From Podarcis filfolensis (Eukaryota), in NCBI GenBank assembly GCA_964270895.1, contig OZ185441.1: DNA of 64,000 bases. One strand, given 5' to 3'. Below are positions 1 through 10,894 of the stretch, in pieces. The notes under the pieces were generated by a model. That model was not told the origin of the DNA and made no database searches. It worked only from the letters and a program-made list of their open reading frames with translations. Position 1 is the first letter of the stretch; every line of letters begins with the position of its first letter. The position numbers and the translations under genes were made by a program.

Positions 1-558
1 CTCAATCTTGAGCTTCCGGTTGTTTTGGGACTACAATTCCCATCTTCTCTAGCTAGCAGGACCAGTGGTCAGGGATGATGGGAATCATAGTCTGCAAACA
101 GCTGGAGATCCAGTTTTGGGAAATACTGTCCTAGTGCAACACTCTAACCACTACACCATTATTATTGTGTGTGTTTGTGTCCTTAATGCTAGCTGCCTTG
201 TTGTTACTGAAATATATATTAAATAAACAAATATTAAAATTGCTTTTTTATTATTACAAATCACAAACCTGATTTTCAGTTCATCAGAAGCACCTCCCTC
301 CTTGGCTCAAAATATTTTAAGCTTGATTAAACTCAACGATTATTTGTCTGAACATTGCAATCCTAATTGTTACCGTCATCTGAAAGATGCATGTGTCGGC
401 TGATGTGCACAGAGAGATCTGGCTTTATGTTGACGAGACTGTTTTGGAACTCCAGAGTTCTGCTTCAAGTGTGTGACCCACATGGTGTTTGGCCCATCTT
501 TGTGAAAGGCAAATGTTGTGTGTCATCTCTCCTGACTTCAGTTTTTAGATTAAGATAG

Positions 559-757
559 AAGAGACCCTGATGTTGGGAAAGATTGAGGGCAAAAGGAGAA
601 GGGGACGACATAAGACGAGATGGTTGGACTGTGTTCTCGAAGCTACCAGCATGAGTTTGACCAAACTGCGGGAAGCAGTGGAAGACAGGAGTGCCTGGCG
701 TGCTCTGGTCCATGGGGTCATGAAGAGTCGGACATGACAAAACAACTAAACCAAAAC
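559..757 (+). mobile_element. Bov-B (RTE) LINE 3' fragment
   Basis: KTLMLGKIEG..RRRGR-type ORF tail and CTAAAC 3' end; TSD-like AGATTA(A)GATAG flanks. Confidence 0.88.
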
Positions 758-759
758 AG

Positions 760-836
760 ATTAGATAGCTAGATAGACAGACAGATAGATTGATAGACAG
801 ATATGAGAGAGAGAGGGGGGGGAGAGAGAGAGAGAT
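760..836. repeat. (GATA/GACA)n-(GA)n microsatellite
   Basis: Direct inspection. Confidence 0.85.
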
Positions 837-984
837 TTAAAAGGTGTAAAAAGAAATGCAGAAAGTATGCTTTCCAAGAAAAGAGGGTGAATAAAGTTCA
901 GTTGACTTATTTTTAGACCTGTTGGCCAGTTTTAAGATGTGCGTCACTACTGCTGACATTAAAAAAATGTGCCCAGTCAGCTTA

Positions 985-1175
985 GAGAATCATAGAGTTG
1001 TAAAGTTGGAAGAGGCCCAAAGTCCGACCTCCTGCAATGTAGGAATCACAGCTAAAGCATCCCATACAAATGACCGTCCAACCTCTGTCTAAATACCTCC
1101 ACCACCTTCTGAAACAAGCCATTCCACTGTTGAATAGCTCTTGCTGGCAGAAAGTTATTCCTAATGTTAAGTTGG
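985..1175 (-). mobile_element. CR1 LINE 3' fragment
   Basis: AGAATCATAGAGTTG tail and TTCCACTGTTGAATAGCTCTT...GAAAGTT motif. Confidence 0.75.
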
Positions 1176-1815
1176 AATCTCCATTTATTTTTTTATATTT
1201 TTTTGTAATTTGTAATCCATTGGTTGGGGACCTACCCTCCAGCCGAAAACAAGCTTACTGGTGCTCTGCCACTGACTGAGTTCTGGTTCCCCTCCTTGAA
1301 TCTGCATGGAGGTTTCTGCTATAAACCTTCAAATCAATTTATTAAGCAGCTGCAGCTGATTCAGAGCCGAAGAGCAGATGCATCTATTAACAACAGACTT
1401 TCCCCCAAGAATTTACCGATGCATATTTTCTTCAAGAGCACATTTGCAGCCATCGGGGCTAGTAAATAAGTTTCTAGTCCTTTTGGCTGGAAAATACATA
1501 TATTTCTATAAAGGTGGCTAGGGTGGGGGAGAACATTTGCCCAAGTGTAATTCTGAGCATGCAGAATCCATACAACCCAGTGTGCAATCTAAAGTTTAAA
1601 CTTCAGCAGTGATCATTGATCAGGTCCACATATCAGCACGGAATATGATAGGAGTTGCAGAATTCAGCATTCTTAAAATTGCACATTTATGGTTGTTGTT
1701 TTAAAGAAAGTAAGTTTCAGCATTCTTAAAACTGCATGTTTATAGTTGTAGTAGTAGTAGTAGTAGTTGTTGTTGTTGTAAAGAAAGAAAGTTTCCTAGA
1801 TCTCATGTCTCTGAT

Positions 1816-1945
1816 GAGTTTAGGGAAGCTTTTAATGTTTAATAGGTTATTGTATTTTAGTGTTTTGTTGGAAGCCACCCAGGGTGGCTGGGGAAACCCA
1901 GCCAGATGAGCGAGGTATAAATAATAAATTATTATTATTGTTGTT
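1816..1945 (+). mobile_element. L2-clade LINE 3' end
   Basis: GGAAGCCACCCAGGGTGGCTGGGGAAACCCAGCCAGATG plus (ATT)n tail; same family as 12745. Confidence 0.8.
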
Positions 1946-2807
1946 GTTGTTGTTTGTTGTTATGAGTTCAATTCAGAGTGAGGTGCACTTAAGCTGATTG
2001 ATTTCACTGAACTTAAACATGCTTCTGTCTAAGTAAGATTCTGGGGAAAGCATGTAACCAAGATTTCCTGTTCACTATCTCTTTACTCCTCTCCATGGAA
2101 TAAATGATTAAATGCATGCAGTTTTTCCTTGATTGCACAATGTACACAGGCTGCAAAATTAACCTCCTCTTGGCATTGTGTTTGTGATATCCGATTGGAT
2201 TTTATTTTTAAAAGTTACAGACTAGGTGCACACCTGCTGGCAATGCAGTCTGTCTGCTCCCCTCCTCAATTCTAATATCCCGCCATGCGATTCCCTGAGA
2301 AGCACAGTCAGAGTCACTGCAGCCGCTTCTTTCACACACACAAATGCACGGAGCTTCCTTAAACTTAACCTCCCCTGAGGCCTCATCAGGCAACAGCAGC
2401 TGCTTTGCTCGGAGCCTGGAGCTGTTCCCAGTGTGTAGCTTGTCGAGAAAGGAAAGAGGATGAGATCAGCTTAGCTCTTCCAGGCCACCCAGATTCATGG
2501 GCCTCTGCTGCCATCTACCGCCTCTCCGGCTTCTCGGGGAAATCATGTCCGCTCTGGCTGATGGAATGTGTGGGACGGAAGCAGATCCCGCCATGGGCAA
2601 AGCAGAAGAGTTAAGAACATAAGAAAGCATGGCTGCCTCTAGCTGTGGGGTCAGAGTACAGGCAACATGGCTGGTAGCCATCAATAGTCCACTCCTCCAT
2701 GAATGATGGAGATGTTTCAGCAATGACCTTTAGCAATGACCTTCTTTAAACAACCCCAAAACAAAACAAAGCATATTTATCATAATTTCAAAACATCAGA
2801 TAGTGAG

Positions 2808-3153
2808 TCCATGGCGCTGTGGGTTAAACCACAGAGCCTAGGGCTTGCCGATCAGAAGGTCAGTGGTTCGAATCCCTACGACGGGGTGAGCTCCTGTTGC
2901 TCGGTCCCTGCTCCTGCCAACCTAGCAGTTCGAAAGCACGTTAAAGTGCAAGTAGACAAATAGGTACCGCTCCTGCGGGAAGGTAAACGGCGTTTCTGTG
3001 TGCTGCTCTGGTTCGCCAGAAGCGGCTTAGTCATGCTGGCCACATGACCCGGAAGCTGTACGCCGGCTCCCTCAGCCAATAAAGCAAGATGAGCGAAGCA
3101 ACCCCAGAGTCGTCCGCGGCTGGACCTAATGGTCAGGGGTCCCTTTACCTTTA
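2808..3153 (+). mobile_element. Sauria SINE
   Basis: tRNA-like head with GGTTCGAATCC B-box, Sauria body, (ACCTTT)n tail. Confidence 0.92.
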
Positions 3154-3165
3154 ACATTCTGTATA

Positions 3166-3404
3166 CAGCGGAACCTCAGTTTTCAAACATAGTCTGTTCT
3201 GAAAGACCATTCAACTTCCGAAACGTTCGAAAACCGAGGCACAATGGGCAGTCAGCAAATTCAATAGAGAAAATTGAAAAACACAGTGGAAGCCATTTTA
3301 CTTCTGAGGCATGTTAAAAAATGGAAGCATTTACTTCCAAGTTTTCGGCATTTGGGTTCCAAAATGTTTGTCAATGGAGACGTTTGAGAACCGAGGTTCT
3401 ACTG
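3166..3404. mobile_element. Tc1/mariner (Tigger-like) MITE
   Basis: TIRs CAG(C/T)(G/A)GAACCTC.GTT; TA flanks. Confidence 0.8.
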
Positions 3405-3406
3405 TA

Positions 3407-3632
3407 CAGTGGTACCTCGGGTTACAGACGCTTCAGGTTACAGACTCTGCTAACCCAGAAATAGTACCTCGGGTTAAGAACTTTGCTTCAGGATGAGAAC
3501 AGAAATCGCACGGCGGCGGTACAGCGGCAGCGGGAGGCCCCATTAGCAAAAGTGGTACCTCAGGTTAAGAACATTTTCAGGTTAAGAACGGACCTCCAGA
3601 ATGAAATAAGTTATTAACCCAAGGTACCACTG
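3407..3632. mobile_element. Tc1/mariner (Tigger-like) MITE, CAGTGGTACCT family
   Basis: TIR CAGTGGTACC(T); TA flanks; same family as 5413, 29389 and 31412. Confidence 0.88.
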
Positions 3633-4261
3633 TACTTAAAAAAAATAATCAATGGATATTAATACTGAATTTTACTATGTGTATAGATTACTATAAATAT
3701 GAATTTAGCAATCACCTTGTATGAGACTTCTCAAAGCAATTTCAAACATGTAGGGCAGGATTCAGCTAACAGTTCCTACTAGAAGAAGCCCACGAAGGAT
3801 TTTTGCTAGTGCAATGGGGCTTTCCCCCACTTTCCTCCCTGCTCATAACCCTCCCTGCCCATCCAAATTGACTTGTGGAGGAAAGAACCCTCCCCTCCAA
3901 CAGCCCATGTTTTCCTCTGTATTTCATATTGAAGAAAAATTTGGTGTGGCACAAACCAATTTTTATTCTGAATGTGTGGCTCAGAGAAAAAAGTTTGAGA
4001 ACCGCTGACTTAGGACAACAGTTTCAGTGAGTTTGCACTGAGTAAATGCTAGTCAAAAGCAAGTCACATAAAACAATTTTGCACATGTATGTGAGTCGGC
4101 ATGGTGCAGTGATCAGAGGTGTCGGGATAGGCCTTGGGAAACCCTGGAAATAATACATTGAAAGAGCCACCCTGGTGTCAATAGGGCGTAAATAAATTGT
4201 GAGTGCTCACAATCAATAATCATTGCAATTCTCACAGCCTTACCACACAGAGAAGCTATTA

Positions 4262-4505
4262 CAGTCATACCTCAGGTTACAGACGCTTCAGGTTGCATTT
4301 TTTTGGGTTACGGACCGCTGAAACCCAGAAGTACTGGAACGGGTTACTTCCAAGTTTTGGCGGTCGCGCATGTGTAGAAGAGCTAAATCGCACTTTGCGC
4401 ATGTGCAGAAGCGCTGGATCGCAACCCATGCATGCACAGACGTGCTGCTGCGGGTTGCAAACATGCATCCTGCACGAATCACATTCGCAACCCAAGCGTC
4501 CACAG
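4262..4505. mobile_element. Tc1/mariner MITE, CAGTCATACCTC family (decayed right end)
   Basis: Left end TA|CAGTCATACCTC; body similar to 27656. Confidence 0.7.
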
Positions 4506-4624
4506 TATATTTGCCAGCACCCATGTTATCTGTTTCTCATACGTGCAGTCAGTGGGAGCAATCAAAACTGGTTCTGTAACTGTATGCATTTCTGCAGCTT
4601 TCCAAATATTAACCAGCCATTCTT

Positions 4625-4905
4625 TAATCACAGGCTGAGCCATCTTCAAATATCTCAAGAGCTGGCACACAGAAGATGGGGCAATCTTGTTTTCTCCTGC
4701 ACCGGAGGACAGGACTCGGACCGATGGCTCTGAGTTACACTAAAGGAGATTCTGACTAAACATCAGCAAGAACTTTCTGGCAGCAAGAGCTGTTTGATAG
4801 TGGAACAGTCTCCCTCGGCAGGTTGCAGACTCTCCTTCTGTGGAGGTTTTTAAGCAGAGGTTGGATGGTCATCTGTCATGGATGCTTTAGCTGAGATTCC
4901 TGTCT
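4625..4905 (+). mobile_element. CR1 LINE 3' fragment
   Basis: TTCAAATATCTCAAGAGCTG...AAGAACTTTCTG...TTTAAGCAGAGGTTGGATGG CR1 3' pattern. Confidence 0.8.
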
Positions 4906-5412
4906 TGGACTAGATAAGTCTCAGTGTGATTGAGACAAGTTTTCCTTGGCCGCAAACTTGAACCGCGTATGAAGATTTCAGCCACTCAGAATGCACAGTA
5001 AACTTGCAGTCACTGTCTTTATTTAATGTGGATGGTCCATCTTTAGAATAATACAGCTATAGAGTTCTGAGGCACTCAGTCCCATTCAAACCCCACCACC
5101 ATCACCACCAACCCACTCAGTGCAAGAGACCTACCACTCCAGCATTCCCAACAATGCCAACTTCAGCAAGAAGACCTCAAGCAAAAGCCCAGCACCTCTT
5201 TGAACAATTGGCTCTGAAGCTGAACTGTGCTCTTCCAGAAAGTGTCTTTTTACGCTGCGTGAAAGATCACCTAAAACATGGGAATTTATCAGGCAAGTAA
5301 ACATCAGGAAAACGGAACGAAGTTCTGTCGGAATGTAGCCCAAAACCGGCACGTGTTCGCCATCTAGTGTCATGAGCCAGTATTAGAAAAATAATAAACT
5401 GAATTGGACATA

Positions 5413-5654
5413 CAGTGGTACCTCGGGTTACATACGCTTCAGGTTACATACGCTTCAGGTTACAGACTTCGCTAACCCAGAAATAGTACCTCGGGTTAGG
5501 AACTTTGCTTCAGGATGAGAACAGAAATTGTGCAGCGGGGGCGTAGCAGCAGCAGGAGGCCCCATTAGCTAAAGTAGTGCTTCAGGTTAAGAACAGTTTC
5601 AGGTTAAGAACGGACCTCCAGAACGAATTAAGTACTTAACCCGAGGTACCACTG
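5413..5654. mobile_element. Tc1/mariner MITE
   Basis: TIR CAGTGGTACCTCGGGTTA; TA TSD. Confidence 0.9.
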
Positions 5655-6225
5655 TATTCACCTATTGCTTGCTGTATATGACCCTAAAGTCGGGAGCCAG
5701 AAATTCCTGCATTGCAAAGGGTCCTGGTTGCTCATCTCTAAAACTGCACCCTATTGATGCAGCATCCCTAAAATACCAACACACTCTCCATAACACTCTT
5801 TGCATGTCCTCTTGTGCACCTGGGTCCCAGCTTGCATCCTGTTCCCACCATCTCAATCCCGGGCTCTTATTCCTCTTCCAAGGTCGTGTGAATTCTGCCC
5901 TAAGCAGTATAGAATTTAAAACCCAATAGGAGCTCAAAAATCCCTTTCAGCAAGCTGATCGCATCACAGGAAGGTGGAATTAGTCATGGAGAGGAGGAGC
6001 CTATAAAAGTTAGGGCTGGCTCCCAGCAGATTTGGCATTCCAGCCTCTTGCAAGTGCCCTCTGAACCCCAAACGCCTGTGGATATTTATTTTAAGAAATC
6101 TCCCAGGGTGGTGGAACCATGTGCCCCAGGAAAAACAAATGTTTGTTTCCATGCTATTGAAACCTGGCAAAGCTGGGGCTACAGAATGCGAGTGCAAAGG
6201 ATAAAGAAAAAACTGCTGGAACATA

Positions 6226-6484
6226 CCGTATTTTTTGCTCTATAAGACTCACTTTTTCCCTCCTAAAAAGTAAGGGGAAATGTGTGTGCGTCTTATGGAG
6301 CGAATGCAGGCTGCGCAGCTATCCCAGAAGCCAGAACAGCAAGAGGGATTGCTGCTTTCACTGCGCAGCGATCCATCTTGCTGTTCTGGCTTCTGAGATT
6401 CAGAATATTTTTTTTCTTGTTTTCATCCTCCAAAAACTAGGTGCGTCTTGTGGTCTGGTGCGTCTTATAGAGCGAAAAATAGGG
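6226..6484. mobile_element. pogo/Tc2-like MITE with an internal hairpin
   Basis: TIR CCGTATTTTT.GCTCTATAAGAC; TA flanks; internal 29-bp inverted repeat ATC.CAGAAGCCAGAACAGCAAGA.GGAT. Confidence 0.82.
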
Positions 6485-6599
6485 TATATATTTTTGTGGA
6501 AAACCCACCTACTAATTTGGTTGTATGCATCGTGTCACCTACTCATTCAGTTAGTAGCTACTTCTTATTGTTTCCCTTCATTTTTAAAGATCTAAGTTG

Positions 6600-6780
6600 T
6601 TTATTCATTACATTGCCACCTCCCCTTGCCTCCAAGGAGCTCATGCATGTTCCTCTCCCTCCCAATTTTATCCTCAATACAACCCTGTGAGGAAGGCTAG
6701 CCTGAAAGACTGTGAACTTGCCCAAAGTCACCCGAGTTTCATGGCAGAGCGAGGGATTCAAACCTAGATTTTCTTCGCAT
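6600..6780 (-). mobile_element. MIR/CORE-type SINE relic
   Basis: Reverse complement of GTGACTTTGGGCAAG...CTCACAGGGTTGTATTGAGGAT CORE motifs. Confidence 0.65.
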
Positions 6781-6934
6781 GAAGAAGGGCCTTGACTGAA
6801 AACAGGTTGGCATGGGAGCTGGAACAAAATATTTGCTCTCACAAGAGTGGTTTTGCAAGCAATGCCTCTTCCCAGAGGATTCTGCGTGTTGCAGCTCTGC
6901 GAGAGAAACAAGGGGTCTCCTACCAACTCTTGGC

Positions 6935-7259
6935 CGTTTACCTTCCCGCCGGAGCGGTACCTATTTATCTACTTGCACTTTGACGTGCTTTCGAACTGCT
7001 AGGTTGGCAGGAGCAGAGACCGAGAAATGGGAGCTCACCCCGTTGCAGGGATTCGAACTGCCGACCTTCTGATCGGCAAGTCCTAGGCTCTGTGGTTTAA
7101 CCCACAGCGCCACCCGCGTCCCAGTTTCCGTGTGCTGCTCTGGTTCGCCACATGACCCAGAAGCTGTACGCCGGCTCCCTCGGCCAGTAAAGTGAGATGA
7201 GCGCGACAACCCCAGAGTCGTCCACGACCGGACCTAATGGTCAGGGGTCCCTTTACCTT
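6935..7259. mobile_element. Sauria SINE with inverted 5' half
   Basis: 6935-7122 antisense, 7123-7259 sense; 14-bp TSD TACCAACTCT(T/C)GGC at 6921-6934 and 7260-7273. Confidence 0.9.
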
Positions 7260-7680
7260 TACCAACTCTCGGCATCCTTTACAAACTACAGCTCAGAGGC
7301 ATCATCCAGTCAACTTAGGGACCCCACCCTGGATTTGTGTAGGGTTTACTTCTTAGCCTTTTCTTCTTCCGAAAATGTCCTACAAGGCATCAGAGGTTTA
7401 GAACCAGAGTTTTCCTTCTCCTATTTGGGCTGCCTTTCCAGGTGGATGAGCCACACTTGCCCCTCATGACAGCAAGTGCAGGAACTGCCTTCTGGGTCTT
7501 TGGACCCACTATTGGTCTCATCCACTCAATTCCCCAGGGCCTGTCTACATGCAGAGGAAGTCCCTAACTCACCTAGGTTTTGAGACCCATTGGCGGCTAC
7601 CCTTTACCTGGTTTAGCCGGCCAGTTGAAACCGTTACCTTGGGAAGCCATGACGGTTTAGAGTGGTGTAATGTTACCCAA

Positions 7681-8005
7681 GAGAGTCCCATGGACTGCAA
7701 TATCAAACCTCTCCATTCTTAAGGAAATCAACCCTGAGTGCTCACTGGGAGGACAGATCCTGAAGCTGAGGCTCCAATACATCAGCCACCTCATGAGAAG
7801 AGAAGACTCCCTGGAAAGGACCCTGATGTTGGGAAAGATGGAGGGCGCAAGGAGAAGGGGACGACAGAGGACAAGATGGTTGGACAGTGTTCTCAAAGCT
7901 ACTAACATGAGTTTGACCAAGGTGCGGGAGGCAGTTGGAGACAGGAGTGCCTGGCGTGCTCTGGTCCATGGGGTCATGAAGAGTTGGACACGACTAAACA
8001 ACAAC
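7681..8005 (+). mobile_element. Bov-B LINE 3' fragment
   Basis: ORF 7670..8023 is the Bov-B C-terminus; (AAC)n tail; 9-bp TSD GTTACCCAA. Confidence 0.92.
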
Positions 8006-8139
8006 GTTACCCAAAATGTATAGTGTGTATGGATCCTTAAGTTTGATCCAACAGGGTTCATCTTGTGCTCAAATACTTTGCACAGTGCTAACAGCCCTCA
8101 CACCACCTAGAAGCCACCTTGGACGTCCTATCTGTATAA

Positions 8140-8271
8140 TCTACAGTGACTGACAGCAGCTCTCCAGGGTTTCAGGTAGGACAAATTCCCCGCCTTACCA
8201 GGAGGTGCCGGGAATTGAACCTGCGGCTTTCCGCTTGCACGGCTGATGCTCTACTGCCAAGCCACAGCCCT
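8140..8271 (-). mobile_element. Short tRNA-headed SINE
   Basis: A-box GGCTTGGCAGTAGAGC, B-box GGTTCAATTCCC, CCTGAAACCCTGGAGAGCTGCTG body; decayed relatives near 17275-17445, 19050-19230 and 48795-48895. Confidence 0.7.
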
Positions 8272-9649
8272 GCTTGTCAGCCCCGTTTCCTTCAGCCCAG
8301 GACTCTTCTGGGCTGAAGGAGATAACTCAGCCGAGTGGTTAATTCACAGAACAGGCACGCTGGGGAGGAAGGTGTGGCCCTAACAGGCATTTTGCGTAGG
8401 CATTTTCAGAGAAAGGAGTAAAGGGTCTTCTATCAGCATTGCTGGCTCGACACTGTGATAAGAAACCGTTTGTTCAGGAGAGAGAATATCCCAAAGAGGC
8501 CGGGAGTTTCTTCCAGTGCCTTGCAGGCAGTTTTGCTTGCAGTCCTGAACTGATAACTTCGACATGTGCGGCAATATGGAAGGTGGCCAGTTCTCCCAAA
8601 TGCAAAGGATGACAAACCAGGTGGCAGTAGGAGTCTTTGTGTGCCGAGCGGCAAATTAAAATCCAGACAAACATACACAGGTCTTCTTGGAGGCTGAGCT
8701 CTCCAACACGCTATTATTTTCATGACGAACGCCTGTCATTGCCACAAGCCGGCCAAACGTGCCATCGGAACCAGACAAAAATATTTTTCTTTACCCAGGC
8801 ATTTTAATCTCTGCTCTTGGTGCTTTTATCTGCTGTGTTGTTATAGTTAATGTGTCAGGAAGCAATCCACCAGGATGAGCAGTTTAGGATGCAATGCATC
8901 TCAGGCCCACTCAGCCAGTTCCTGGCTTAGCCGGCAGTCAATACCTAACCCTGATTCAGCCAAAGATACACCATACCTTGCCCGCCACAGCCCTCAGATA
9001 TGGGTGCCCACCAGCAATCGATATTCAGGTGTCTGCTGCCCCGGAATATGGCACATCCATGTAGCCACCCGAAAAGTTGTCGCTAGAACCATCCTACAAA
9101 GCTGCAGTCAGTGAGAAGCTGTCAATGGCTTAAGAGCCCTGCTCCCTCCAAAGACACGAGAACACACGAGACGCGGGGAGCAAGCAACCTTGACTCAGCA
9201 ACAGCCCCGAATAAAAAGTGGATGGCCCCTTCTGTCTTGCAAAGATTATTGCCTTTCAAAGAGTTGCATGACTATGGGGGACTTATCTTTGGCTGAAACA
9301 ATGGGTCTGAAGGAAGACAATTCTTTGTGTGGGGTAGTTTAACAGAGTTCAACTCCAGGGCAAGCCTACAAAGCACCAGTTTCAAGAAGCCAGGCCCAGG
9401 ATGGCTCCAGGAAGAAACACACCCTCCCGTAGCAGAGACTATCAGTTGCTGTACAAAGAGGGATGGTCCAATTATAGAGATGCAAACTTGCAAACCACTT
9501 AGGGCAGGGATGGAGAACCATGGGCTCCCTAGATGTTGCTGAACTCCACTGCCCATCACCCCCAGCCAGCATGACCAACAGTCAAGGATGATGGGAGCTA
9601 GAGTCCAATGGCATATGGGAGCCACAGGCTCCCTATGGTAGGCTGAATA

Positions 9650-10180
9650 GGGACATGGGTGGCACTGTGGTCTAAACCAGGGGTCAGCAACCTAAGGCCC
9701 ATGGGCCGGAAGTGGCCTGCGGAGGTCATTTGACCAGCCCACGAGCCGCCCCCTGAACCAAGCTGCCAGCTCGTGCGCTGCGCTAAAACCAGTGCAGCGC
9801 GGCGCAGGGACTCGCTTACCAAAAATCACAATCCAGCCCACGGAGGGATCTCCGCAGGACTGATCTGGCCCAGGCAAGATAAACCTTGCTGACCCCTGGT
9901 CTAAACCACTGACCCTTTTGGGCTTGCCGATTGGAAGGTTGGCAATTCAAATCCCCACAACGAAGTGAGTGAGCTCCTGTTGCTCTGTCCCAGCTCCTGC
10001 CAACCTAACAGTTCAAAAGTATACCGGTGCAAGTAGATAAATAGGTACCACTGCAGCGGGAAGGTAAACAGTGTTTCCACGTGCTCTGGCTTCCATCACA
10101 ATCACCAGAAGTGGTTTGGTCATGCTGGCAACATGACCTGGAAAGCTGTCTGTGGACAAACGCCTTTTCCTTTTACCTTA
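9650..10180 (+). mobile_element. Sauria SINE (second subfamily), interrupted by a hAT MITE and internally deleted near the tail
   Basis: Head GGGACATGGGTGGCACTGTGGTCTAAACC resumes after 9906; degenerate TSD TATGGTAG..TG at 9634 and 10179. Confidence 0.85.
9678..9898. mobile_element. hAT-type MITE, 221 bp
   Basis: 13-bp TIR CAGGGGTCAGCAA; perfect 8-bp TSD GTCTAAAC (9670-9677, 9899-9906). Confidence 0.9.
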
Positions 10181-10482
10181 TGGTAGTTTGGCAAAATTCT
10201 AGGAGACTAAGTTTAGGAAAGAAAATACCTTTTTAAGAGAGAGAAAAAGAAAGAGAGAAGGTGTTCAGATAGAAGTTTAGGAACTAACCAGCTGAAGGAT
10301 GGATTCCCCAACGTACTAAAGCAACCTATGCTAACCACCCAAGGTATAAATGTTTGCAAACAGCTTTTCGAAGCTTTGCAATCGAGTGGATAGAAAATCT
10401 CATTGTCATATCAAGGATGAAAACCTCGAGGCAATTTATACAGTGAAATAAGCCCAGGCGCAAAGATTTATTAAAGGTGGTA

Positions 10483-10620
10483 ATCATACAAGTTGGAAAG
10501 GACCCTGAGGATCATCCAGTCCAACCCCCTGAAATGCAGGAATATGCAGCTGTCCCTTGCAGGGATCGAACCTGCAACCTTGGTGTTATCAGCACCACCC
10601 TGTAACCAGCTGAACTATCC
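10483..10620 (-). mobile_element. SINE with tRNA-Ile-like head and CR1-type tail
   Basis: TGGTGCTGATAACACCAAGGTTGCAGGTTCGATCCC head joined to TTGGACTGGATGATCCTCAGGGTCCTTTCCAACT CR1 tail. Confidence 0.75.
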
Positions 10621-10894
10621 ATAACCAAGCTCCATAGAAAGCAATTAGGAACGTCTAACGTGCTGCTTGGTTTCAAGGGGACTTGAACTTTCTCTGGAAC
10701 AGAGCAGCGCACATTAAGGCTGCAATCCTATGCTTACCTGGGAGTAAGCAGCACCCAATACATCAACACTTATTTCTGAGAAAACACGCCACAGGACCCG
10801 GTTCCATGGGGGTTCACTTTTAAAGTTCAGGAACCTAGCAAAAAGCTACTGACCACAGGCCTCTCAAGAACACTGGTAAAACAAATCACACTTA

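Noticed and set aside
6001-6009. TATA box CTATAAAAG as an LTR or promoter
   Set aside because: No TG..CA ends, TSD, partner LTR or downstream exon found.
1-10480. A second gene (e.g. a gasdermin, which neighbours CYRIB in mammals) downstream of CYRIB
   Set aside because: No recognisable peptide or consistent exon chain by eye; small diverged exons cannot be excluded without a homology search.
10550-10620. tRNA-Ile gene
   Set aside because: The acceptor stem is broken and the sequence is fused to a CR1 tail, so it is a SINE head.
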